A DNA stretch of 64,000 bases from Torpedo marmorata (lineage: Eukaryota): positions 160,146,001 to 160,210,000 of the forward strand of contig OZ360219.1 in assembly GCA_977017645.1 (NCBI GenBank), written 5' to 3'. Numbering within the stretch: position 1 is the first letter of the stretch; the number at the start of each line of letters is the position of its first letter. Positions 12,612-23,200 of the stretch are shown here, piece after piece. A program made the position numbers and the translations under genes. The notes under the pieces were generated by a model. That model worked only from the letters and a program-made list of their open reading frames with translations. It had not been told where the DNA came from and searched no databases.

Positions 12612-13492
12612 ACCAGTCACAGTCTGGTATGGGAACAACAATACCCCTGAGTGTAAAGCCCTGCAAAAAGGTAGTGGACACAGCCCAGGACATCACAGGC
12701 AAAACCCTCCCACCATCGAGAACATCTACAGGGAACGCTGCCATCAGAGAGCAGCAGCAATCATCAAGGATGCACATCACCCAGCACACGCTCTGTTCTC
12801 ACTAACCCCTTTCACACTGCCAACCCTCCGAGGAAGCGGGTAAACTTACCGGGCATGCTGCACTCAGGAGCCTTTCCCACTGCACCATGATTTACCTGGT
12901 TAATAGGCAACCCGGGACTTTAAGTGCCAGCGGTGACAATGTGAGCGCAGGTTGTGCTTTCACACCGCCAGAAGGCGATTAGTGAGTTATCTCGGCCGGG
13001 CTCTGACACTTGCCCCCACCAAGTGTCAGAGCCCAGTTGAATTTAACTCGCCCTGCCCGGTTGAGACGTTTCACACCGCGCGATGACCGGGTACGGACCC
13101 GGTAAATTACCCGGTTCAACCCACATGTAATCGGCAGTGTGAAAGGGGCTACTGCTACCATCAGGAAAGAGGTATAGGTGCCACAGACTCGCACCACCAA
13201 GTTCGAGAACAGCTGCTACCCCTCCACCATCAGACACCTCAACAACAAACTTAATCAGGGACTCATTTAAGGACTCTTACTTTTGCACTTTATTGATTTT
13301 TTTTCTATCTGTATTGCACAGTCAGTTTGTTTACATTCCTTCCTTTATTTGTTTACATGTGCATGTATCTTCCTGAGTACATTGTTTTTTGTGCTACCAA
13401 TAATTGGTCATTCTGCCTCACCCACAGGAAAAGTAATCTCAGGGATGTACGTGATGTCATGTATGTACTCTGACAATAAATCTGAACTTTGA
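12612..13492 (+). mobile_element. Rex1/Babar-type LINE 3' fragment
   Basis: Same family as 8400-8950 (HKTRTTRFRN-like C-terminus, GACAATAAATCTGAA tail); interrupted by a MITE. Confidence 0.7.
12804..13150. mobile_element. PIF/Harbinger-like MITE
   Basis: TIRs AACCCCTTTCACACTGCC / GGCAGTGTGAAAGGGGCT; 3-bp TSD ACT, whose removal restores the host LINE sequence ctcACTgctacc. Confidence 0.75.
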
Positions 13493-13919
13493 AAATATAA
13501 CTCGGAAGGTGTATCCATTTTAGGTCAGAATGCAAATTCGAACAAAAATCAATACCTCACATTTTCTAAGAAGGCATTACTTGAGCAATCGTAAATTTGT
13601 CCAGTAAAATACAACATTTTGGAAGGAATAGACTACAGTTCTTCTTGTTCAATTAACATATATGTAATTCTTTGGTACAGTTACAGGCCATTGGGTCAAG
13701 AAAAAAAAAGCTAATTGCCAGTGTTAAATATTAAAAAGGGCAAATTGGTTCAATTAGAACTGAAATACCAAAGAGTAACTGAAAATGAACTCTCTCTGGT
13801 ACAGGTGACTGGTGTACTATCAGATAGCAAATCAAAAGTTGATTTATCATCATATTCTTCATCCAAGTCTCAAGATTTCATGATACTTGCCAACCATCTT
13901 TGCCTGTGATACATGCAAC

Positions 13920-14970
13920 TTTTAAGTCAGTTGACATGGTTGATGCAAGGACAATGTGAGCCCTGGCTGGGATGTCTAGAACTGTGGGTCATGGTCTCAA
14001 TATAGAGTTGGCCCTTTAGAAAAGAGATGAGAAAACAATTATTCATTCAAAGGGTTTTGAATCTTGGGTGGAAAATTCCAAAGACTGCCTTGGGGGCTTC
14101 TCACGAAGTATGCTTGAGACAGAAATTGGCAGATATCTGGATATTAAGGGAAACAAGGATCAGAATCAGAATTTAATGACATGAAAAAGTCACAAAATTC
14201 GGTGTTTTGCGGTAGCGTCATAGTGTAAACATTCATATTATAAACCATCTTACAACAATAAATATAAAAATAATAGTGCACGAAAAGTAAGGCAGTGTCT
14301 TTGGTTCATTAATTATTCAGGAATCTGATGGCAGCGGGGAAGAAGCTGTCCTTGTGCCGTTGAGTGCTCGTCTTAAGACTCCTGTACCTTTTTCCCGATG
14401 GTAGCAGAGTGAAGAGGGCATGTCCTGGGTGGTGGGGGTCTTTGAGAATCGAGGCTGCTTTTTTAAGACACTGTCTCATGTAGATGTCCTCGATGGAGTG
14501 AAGTCTGGTGCCTGTGATGTCGCAGGCTGAGTTAACAACCCTCTGGAGTTATTACTTGTCCTGAGATTTGGCGCCTCCATATCAGGCAGTGATGCAATCA
14601 AGCAATGCAACCAACCAGAATGCTCTCCACTGTAGAAGTTTGAGAGTCTTCGTTGACATACCGAATCTCCTCAAACACCTCACAAAGTATAGCCGCTGGC
14701 GAGCCTTCTTCATGATTGTATCAACATGGGGACTCCAGGACAGATCCTCGGAGATGTTGACACCCAGGAATTTAAAATTCTTGACCCTCTCCACTACTGA
14801 GCCCTCGATGAGGACTGGGTCGTGTTCCCCTGACTTCCTCCTGAAGTCCACAATCATCTCTTGGTTTTGTGGGTAGTACAGGAAATTGGCGTTGATTTAG
14901 AGATCATCTATGATCTTACTGAATGGAGAAGCAGATCTGAAGGACTGATTGCCCTACTTCAGCTTCTTTT
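13920..14970 (+). mobile_element. Old CR1 3' fragment split by a Rex1/Babar insertion
   Basis: Degenerate CR1 C-terminal and 3'UTR motifs (tctagaactgtgggtcat...gagatgagaaaac; tgatcttactgaatggagaagcag). Confidence 0.5.
14159..14866 (-). mobile_element. Rex1/Babar-type LINE 3' fragment
   Basis: MIVDFRRK...FKFLGVNISEDLSW...KKARQRLYFVRCLRRFGM; (TTCTGA)n tail. Confidence 0.8.
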
Positions 14971-15162
14971 TTTAAATACAAGATCCAACACAACACTGTA
15001 TTCTATCTAACACTGGGATATATAGTCCAGTGTTAATTATGGGATGTTCTTTTTTCTTACTTTTCTATTACTTCATTCTATTTGAGGAGAAAATATGTAA
15101 TCAATGGTATAGGAGGGATGCGTCGGCGGATCTGACGGATAGAGAATGTTTAAAATTTAATT

Positions 15163-18100
15163 ATGGCTGATTCTAGAAGTATAAATTTTGTAAGTATTAA
15201 TGTTAATGGGCTTAATAATCCAATTAAGAGGAAAAAAACTTTAGCACATATCAAAAAATTAAAAGTAGATATAGCTTTTTTACAGGAAACACATTTGATT
15301 GATAAAGAACATCAAAAATTAAAGAGAGAATGGGTAGGACATGTAGTAGCTTCATCTTTTAATTCTAAAGCGAGAGGAGTAGCGATTTTAATCAGTAAAA
15401 AATTACCATTTAAAATACAATCAGTAGTGACGGATATAGCTGGTAGATATGTTTTAGTGCATTGTCAAATTTATTCAGAAATATGGACTCTTTTAAATTT
15501 ATATATTACAAACCCAGAGGATGAACAATTTATTCAAGATACTTTTTTACATTTATCTGAGGCTAAGGAAAATATTTTAATTGGAGGAGATTTTAATTGT
15601 TGTCTTAATGCAAATATGGATAAAACATCTAGAACATCTGTTAGACCTAAGATAGTTAAAAAAATTATTAATTTAATGGATGATTTAAAATTAGTAGATA
15701 TTTGGAGAAAGTTAAACCCTAGAGAAAAAGATTATTCATTTTATTCATTTCGACATAATTCATTCTCAAGGATTGATTTATTCTTAATATCTTCACAAAT
15801 TCAAGATAGAATAACTCAAATTTCTTATAAAGCAAGAATAATTTCGGACCATTCACCTTTATTAATGACATGTATAATTCCAGAGAAAGAAAAAACTGTA
15901 TATAACTGGAGATTAGACTCTTCTTTATTAAATAGAAAAGATTTTTGTGAATATATAAGAAAAGAAATTCAGGAATTTTTAAGAATTAATAATAATTCAG
16001 TTGAAGATAAGTTTATAATTTGGGAATCTTTAAAAGCATATTTAAGAGGATTGATAATAAGCTTCTCGGCAAAAATTAGAAAAGATTATGTGAAAGAAGA
16101 AGAAAAACTGGAGGGAGAAATTGAAGTTATGGAAAAGGATTTTCAAAGAAATAAAACAATTTCTAAGAGACAATGTTTAATTGGGAAAAAATTACATTAT
16201 AATATATTACAAACTCGAAAAATAGAAAAATTAATTGGTAGAACAAAGCAAAGATATTATGAATTGGGAGAAAGAGCACATAAAGTTTTAGCATGGCAAT
16301 TAAAGAAAGAACAAGTTTCTAAAACTATAAATGCTATAAAGAAAAGTTCTGGAGAAATAACTTATAAACCTCAAGAAATAAATAATTCATTTAAAGAGTA
16401 TTATCAAAATTTATATACTTCGCAAATGAATCAAGATGTTGTAAAAATTGATGATTTTTTAGCTAAAATTACATTGCCCAAATTAAATAGTTTTAATAGA
16501 GATTCATTAGATTTACCAATTACAATGAGAGAAGTAGGTGAAGCTTTATCATCATTGAATAGTGGTAAATCTCCCGGTGATGATGGATTTCCGGCAGAGT
16601 TTTATAAGAAGTTTAAAGATGTATTGATACCTATATATATGGAAGTATTAACTCAAATAAAGGAAACTCATTCATTACCGAAAACATTTTTAAATGCTAT
16701 TATCACAGTTATACCAAAGAAAGATAGAGATGTATTAAAAACAGAATCGTATAGGCCTATATCATTGTTAAATGTAGATTATAAATTAATGGCAAAAATC
16801 TTGACAAATAGACTAGCTAAGTTTTTACCATCTTTAATACATCCAGATCAAGCAGGATTTATTAAAAATAGATATTCAAAGGATAATATAGCAAGATTAA
16901 TAAGTTTAATTAATTTACAAAAAAAGAAACAGGATTTGCCGTTAGTGATAGCATTAGATGCAGAAAAAGCATTTGATAGAGTAGAATGGAAGTTTTTATT
17001 TAAAGTTTTAGAGAAATATGGATTTGGAAATACGTTTATAAACTGGATTAAGACTATATATAAGGAACCTACAGCTAGAGTAATTACAAATGGTCAAATA
17101 TCATCTAAATTCTCTTTGACGCGGTCAACAAGACAAGGATGTCCATTGTCACCTGCCTTATTTGTATTGGCAATAGAACCGTTGGCGGAAATGATTAGGA
17201 AAGATATCAATATAAATGGGATAAAAGTAGGTGTAGAAGAGCATAAAATTAGTTTGTTTGCAGATGATGTATTAATATATATGACAAAATCTATTGAATC
17301 ACTTCAACAATTAGATAAAATATTGAGGGATTATGGTGAAATATCTGGATATAAAATTAATTCGGATAAAAGTGAGATAATGGCTTTATCTCAAGGAGAT
17401 TATACTAAATGTAAAGAAGTTACAAAATTTAAATGGACTAAAGAAGCTATTAAATATTTGGGAGTTAAAGTGGATACAAAGTTAGAAAATTTATATAAAT
17501 TAAATTACATACCTTTATTTCAGAAAATAAAGAAGGATTTGGATAATTGGAAAGATTTACCCATAACTTTAATGGGAAGAGTGAATTGTATTAAAATGAA
17601 TATTTTTCCAAAAGTTCAATATCTTTTTCAATCTATACCTTTTGGTATTCCTCAAAAAATTTTTAAAGATTTAAAAATTATTATTAGAAAGTTTTTATGG
17701 AAAGGTAAATTGGCAAGAGTAAGTATGGATAAATTAACTTGGGAATACGAAATGGGAGGATTACAACTCCCTAATTTTCAATATTATTATAAGGCAGCAC
17801 AATTAAAATTTATAAATGAATTATTTGATTTAACTAAAAATACGGCTTGGATTAATATAGAATTGAGTAATATAGGAGAAAGAAATAAGGAAGATATTAT
17901 TTATAAATGGAATTCTAAATTATTATTGATTAAAAAGAAAAAGTCACCGATTATTAAACATCTATTGGAAATTTGGAATCAATTAGATAATGAAATAGGA
18001 CGAAAAGGATCAATTTCTTTAAATATGCCATTATATCAGAATTTATTATTACCATTTTCTATTGATAATCAATTTTTAAAATTATGGTATCAAAAAGGAA

Positions 18101-18948
18101 TTAAGAAGATTAAAGATTGTTTTGAGGCAGGAAGATTTGTTACTTTTTCTAGATTGAAAGAAAAATTTGGAATAATGGATAATACAGTTTTGGCTTATTA
18201 TCAAGTTAAAGGATTTTTAGTTGAGAAATTAGGGAATCAATTAATATCCCCTAGACAAGATGGGTTAGAGTTATTAATTACTAATGGAAATGTTAACAAA
18301 TTTATATCGCAAATGTATAAATTACTTCAGAAAAAAATGTTTAAAGTAGGACTACATAAATCTAGATTAAATTGGGAATCAGATCTAAACACTAGTATAG
18401 ATGAACAACACTGGAAAGAATTATGTAAACTGAGTATGACTAAGATTATTAATGTTAGATATAGATTAGTACAATATAATTTTTTTCATCAATTATATAT
18501 AACACCTAAAAAATTAAAGAAATTCAATTCGGCATTGTCAGATATGTGTTTTAGATGTAAAGATGAAATAGGTTCTTTTGTACATTGTACATGGTTGTGT
18601 TTGAAAATTAAAAATTTTTGGTCTAAAGTTAAGGAATTTTTAGATAGAATTCTTAATATTACGATTCCAATGGACCCTATGATATTTCTGTTTGGAGATA
18701 TTAAAAAAATCAGTATTAGAAATAGATTGAATATGTACCAAATAGAATTTTTACGAATTGTGTTAGCAATTTCAAAAAAATGTATTGCTATTACTTGGAA
18801 ATCAGATTTAGATTTAAATTTGGATAGATTACATGCAGAGTTACGCTCGTGTATACCATTGGAAAAAGTTACGTATAATTTACGAGACAAATATCATTTC
18901 TTTCTGAAAATTTGGAGCCCATACATGAGAATTATGGGTATGAATTAA
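15163..18948 (+). CDS. L1 ORF2p (APE endonuclease, reverse transcriptase, Cys-rich domain), uninterrupted 1261 aa
   Basis: INVNGLN, LQETH, GGDFN, SRIDL, SDHSP; YRPISLLNVDYK, QGCPLSP, LFADD; CFRC...HCTWLC. Confidence 0.95.
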   Translation: MADSRSINFVSINVNGLNNPIKRKKTLAHIKKLKVDIAFLQETHLIDKEHQKLKREWVGHVVASSFNSKARGVAILISKKLPFKIQSVVTDIAGRYVLVHCQIYSEIWTLLNLYITNPEDEQFIQDTFLHLSEAKENILIGGDFNCCLNANMDKTSRTSVRPKIVKKIINLMDDLKLVDIWRKLNPREKDYSFYSFRHNSFSRIDLFLISSQIQDRITQISYKARIISDHSPLLMTCIIPEKEKTVYNWRLDSSLLNRKDFCEYIRKEIQEFLRINNNSVEDKFIIWESLKAYLRGLIISFSAKIRKDYVKEEEKLEGEIEVMEKDFQRNKTISKRQCLIGKKLHYNILQTRKIEKLIGRTKQRYYELGERAHKVLAWQLKKEQVSKTINAIKKSSGEITYKPQEINNSFKEYYQNLYTSQMNQDVVKIDDFLAKITLPKLNSFNRDSLDLPITMREVGEALSSLNSGKSPGDDGFPAEFYKKFKDVLIPIYMEVLTQIKETHSLPKTFLNAIITVIPKKDRDVLKTESYRPISLLNVDYKLMAKILTNRLAKFLPSLIHPDQAGFIKNRYSKDNIARLISLINLQKKKQDLPLVIALDAEKAFDRVEWKFLFKVLEKYGFGNTFINWIKTIYKEPTARVITNGQISSKFSLTRSTRQGCPLSPALFVLAIEPLAEMIRKDININGIKVGVEEHKISLFADDVLIYMTKSIESLQQLDKILRDYGEISGYKINSDKSEIMALSQGDYTKCKEVTKFKWTKEAIKYLGVKVDTKLENLYKLNYIPLFQKIKKDLDNWKDLPITLMGRVNCIKMNIFPKVQYLFQSIPFGIPQKIFKDLKIIIRKFLWKGKLARVSMDKLTWEYEMGGLQLPNFQYYYKAAQLKFINELFDLTKNTAWINIELSNIGERNKEDIIYKWNSKLLLIKKKKSPIIKHLLEIWNQLDNEIGRKGSISLNMPLYQNLLLPFSIDNQFLKLWYQKGIKKIKDCFEAGRFVTFSRLKEKFGIMDNTVLAYYQVKGFLVEKLGNQLISPRQDGLELLITNGNVNKFISQMYKLLQKKMFKVGLHKSRLNWESDLNTSIDEQHWKELCKLSMTKIINVRYRLVQYNFFHQLYITPKKLKKFNSALSDMCFRCKDEIGSFVHCTWLCLKIKNFWSKVKEFLDRILNITIPMDPMIFLFGDIKKISIRNRLNMYQIEFLRIVLAISKKCIAITWKSDLDLNLDRLHAELRSCIPLEKVTYNLRDKYHFFLKIWSPYMRIMGMN

Positions 18949-19075
18949 TTCTCTAGAAGTTAGTACCGCTGACAAAGTAACCTCCAATATATAAGTAGAG
19001 TTAGCTTGAAATAGTTTTTCTCCTCATACTAACACTAATTTTCTTTCTTAACTTTATTATTCAACCTTTTTCTTT

Positions 19076-19757
19076 TGTAAGAGCCGTAGGCTCATTGACT
19101 TACCGTTGTTGCGGCGCTCCGATGTCTCGTTGGGCCTTGGAGCGCTCGCGTAGTTCGGTAGGCCGTCCTCGGAGCGCTCCTAGGCCACGTCGGGCCATTG
19201 AGCGCTCGCGTTGTTCACTGGGCCGTCCTCTGAGCGCTCCGAGGCCACGTCGGGCCTTGGAGCGCTTGCGTTGTTCTGTGGGCCGTCGTCGGCCCGTTCT
19301 TTGATATGCGCATGCGCGGGAGTGCCGACGGGCGCATGCGCAGTATAGAGTGACGTCATAGTGCGCGTGGGAGGCTGGGAATTGTAGTATGCGCGTTGGA
19401 GCATGCGCAGAAGCATTGGAGAGAGAGAACAAAGAAAGGATAGAGATGTATAGGGGGTGAGTCTGGTCTCCACATCTTTATTGACCGTTTTATACCGTTT
19501 TATAACTTTTAACATCATCTACAGTGTTTCATATCGTTTTGGAATTGTTTAAAGAATAATTTAAAGGAACTTATCATACATCGTTTACAAGAACTGTTTA
19601 TATTAAAGTCATTGAAGATTACTGCAAGACATGTGTGAAAATAAAGGTTTTTGAACATATTGGACTTTGTCAGTAAATTAAATAAAACGCGTCAAAAGCA
19701 AGAACCACACTTAGCCTCCAGGTGACTATTGGTGGAGCGAAGTCACCGTTACTTATA
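19076..19757 (+). repeat. 5' LTR of BEL copy 1 (TGTAAG...CTTATA)
   Basis: Identical by eye to 24577-25258; the spurious ORFs translated from both LTRs are identical. Confidence 0.92.
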
Positions 19758-20203
19758 GTCAATAAAGGGCTGGCTGTTTGGAACAGAAGTTTGAAAGAAA
19801 GAAGATAGAAAAAACTCTCTGTGCTTTGGACTGATATAAATTGGTGGCCATTTTGGAGATGCATCGAGTTGGGGGCAGTTTGTAATCTACATCCATCTGC
19901 CATGAATAACAGCCAGAGAGTGATTTAAAGCTTCAAATCTTATAGAAAAGTGTCCTATAAATACGTTGGAGAAACTATTTTTGGAAAATCAGTGATATTA
20001 GTGACGGATGTTGTGGTTGAAACTCGTTTGTGGATTGCAGCACATTACAGTCATTTGAAGTGGTAGGCATAAGTCTGTGGACTCCTTCTGTGTATCTTTA
20101 GCAAGTAAGAACACAGATTGGAATTGCTGCCGCTGGTCCATTGGGGACTGTTGTTTGACTAGTGTTGTGTATGCTTGAAGGAAAGAGGAACAAGACGAGT
20201 AAA

Positions 20204-23200
20204 ATGGCCGCAGCAGCCACTGATACAGCAGCTACTGATTTATCAGCAGCTGACGCAGCAACCGCTGATGTTGCTGTTGAGGACCAACGTATTGAAGACA
20301 TGAAGGTTGCGGATATTAAAGAAGAATTGAAGCGACTGAATAAGGACATAAGTGGAAATAAAAAGGTTCTTATTGAAAGATTGAAGCTGGCAAAGGATGA
20401 AGAGGCAGCTTCATTAGTTGAACAAGAAGATAACTTGGAAATGGCTGAAATTGTGTCAACAAATGATGAACAATTTGAATTGGATAAAGAGGTAAGTATG
20501 AAGACAACATATGAACTGCAGGACGAAATACAAGCAAGTGACAGTGTCTCAAATGCTGAAAGCAGGAGAAGCAAAAGAAGTTCTGGTTCAAGCTCCAGAG
20601 TTTCTCGTACTTCAAGTTCTGCATCGTCACGTACAAAGGTTGATGTTAAATTGGCCGCTCTTCTTGCACAACAAAAAACGCTTAAGGATAAATTTATATT
20701 AGAACAAGAGGAGGAGCAGCTAAGACAAAATGAGGAGCAGCTAAAGGAGCAGCTAAGACAAAATGAGAAGCAGCTAAAGGAGCAGCTAAGACAAAAGGAG
20801 GAGCAGCTAAGACGAAAGGAGGAGCAGTTAAAGGAGCAGCTAAAGGAGCAGCTAAGACAAAAGGAGGAGCAGCTAAGACGAAAGGAGGAGCAGTTAAAGG
20901 AGCAGCTAAAGGAGCAGCTAAGACAAGAGGAGGAGCAGCTAAGACAAAATGAGGAGCAGCTAAAGGAGCAGCTAAGACAAAATGAGAAGCAGCTAAAGGA
21001 GCAGCTAAGACAAGAGAAGGAGCAGCTAAAGCAGAGAAAAGAACTGCAGGAGCTGGAAGCAAACATTGCTATTGCCAAGGCAGAAAAGAAAGCAATAGAA
21101 GGTTCAATGGTATCTGGTGTTAGCAGTAAATCATCTAAATTGTCTGATGATAAAAGGTCATATTTAAAAAAGGAGTCACAGGAAAAGAAACCAACCAAAA
21201 GGATAGATATTTTAGAACCAAGGATACAAAACTTACATATACAAAGACAAACCTTTCAAGAGCATATTGGTATCGAGTCACATGTACCAATAATAACATC
21301 TGAAAGCAAAGCTGCGGATTGGGTACGGTCGAACGAAGCAGCTTCTTTGTTATATGAGCCAAGCATCAGAAATATGGAAGAAACTACACCAGTAAGGTTT
21401 CCAGATACATTGCATACAACAAGAGACAGTGAACAGAGTAATGTATTGAAATCCAAGGAAAGACAAAATGAAATTGCTGCGTCATTGTTTCAGTTACAGT
21501 CTCTCTCTTCTTTACCCAAGAAAGAGATACAAACTTTTGATGGTGATCCACTTCAATATCAATCATTTATGAGATCTTTCAAACGCAATATTGAAGATAA
21601 ATGCCAAGATCGTGATGAATGTCTTTATTATTTGGAAATGTTTACAAAGGGACATCCAAAGGAACTGGTTAAAAGTTGTAATCAAATGTCTTCAGGAAGA
21701 GGATTAGATAAAGCTAAGGATTTATTGGAACAATATTTTGGCAACAAACATCGAATTGCTTTAGCTTATATGGATAAAGCTCTTAAATGGACATCAATAA
21801 AACAAAATGATGTAAAGGCTTTGCAAGAATATACTTTGTTTTTAAGAGGATGTTGTAATGCTATGGAAGAAATTGATAATATTCGTGAACTTGAAGTGCA
21901 TAGTAATATGAGAATCATCTTAGAAAAATTACCTTACAAGTTATGGGATAGATGGAGAGATTTGGCTTGTAATTTACAAGTAGATTACGGTCGAAAAACT
22001 ACCTTAAAGGATTTAGTAAATTTTCTTGAACGACGGGTGTACGTTGAAACAGATCCACTATATGGAAATGCCAGAGATAATTCAATGGGCAAAGATGTAA
22101 TGAAGTCTAACACACAGTCTAGTCCGAAAGTGAAAAGGAGTACATTTGCTACTAATGTGCAAGTTATAAGTAAAGAAAATGACAAAGTAAATAAGGAAAA
22201 GGAAAGTTTGCCTAGTGAAAAGAGTTGTTTGTTCTGTAAAGGTGGACATGCTTTGGAAATGTGTTTACAATTGGAAAAGAAGGAACATAAGGAAAAGATC
22301 GCTTTCTTAAAGGAAAATGGAATATGTTTTAGCTGTCTGTGTAAAGGGCACATCAGTAAAAACTGCGAGAAGCGAATTAATTGTAAAATATGCAATTTGA
22401 AACATCCTAGAATTTTGCATATCCATAACAGAAACAAGGAATTGGAAAAGGAGCAAACAGAAACAAAGGAAACAACAGAAAATAATGTTATAACCTCGGT
22501 TCAGACAAGTGGTCTTACTGGGGCCGGGGTGAATAACTGCAAACTTTCAATAGTGCCTGTACAAGTTAAGGCCAAGAAAGGAGATGCAATAGTAAAAACA
22601 TATGCATTTCTAGACCCAGGTAGCACTGCATCTTTTTGCACGGAAGGACTAATGAATAAACTTAATATTCAAGGAAGAAAATCAAGAATTATGTTAAAAA
22701 CCATGGGACAAGAAAAGGTTGTTGAAACTAACATTGTTTCAGGCTTAGAGGTTGCTGGATTGGATGACAAAAAATTTTGTGATCTTCCAAGTGTATATAC
22801 TCAGAAGACTATGCCTGTGAACGAAGGAAATATTCCTCATCAAAGTGATATCCATCATTTAGCTTATCTGTGGAAGGTTTATTTACCTGAAATTAATTCT
22901 GAAATAGAAATGCTGATTGGTTCAGATGTGCCAAAGGTTTTGGTACCAAAAGAAGTAATAGAAAGTAAAAGGAATGGACCTTACGCTATTAGAACCATAC
23001 TTGGTTGGGCAATCAATGGACCAATGGAAAGAAATAATGATATTGCTCAGGAACAGGTAGCGATAAATGTTAATAAAATTTCAGTTGAGAAATTTGAAGA
23101 GTTAAAAGAAGAGCAAAAAACCGTGAATAAGAAAATCATTTATGAAGAAAAGAAAACAGATCAATGTGAAAATAAATCAGTGGTATTTAAAACAACATTG

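Noticed and set aside
19113-19292. CRISPR-like array (also considered for 51426-51742)
   Set aside because: Tandem units without unique spacers, eukaryotic context, no cas genes.
20098-21198. 366-aa minus-strand Ser/Cys/Phe-rich ORF (and its twin at 55396-56343)
   Set aside because: Antisense shadow of the repetitive EQLKEQLRQ coding region.
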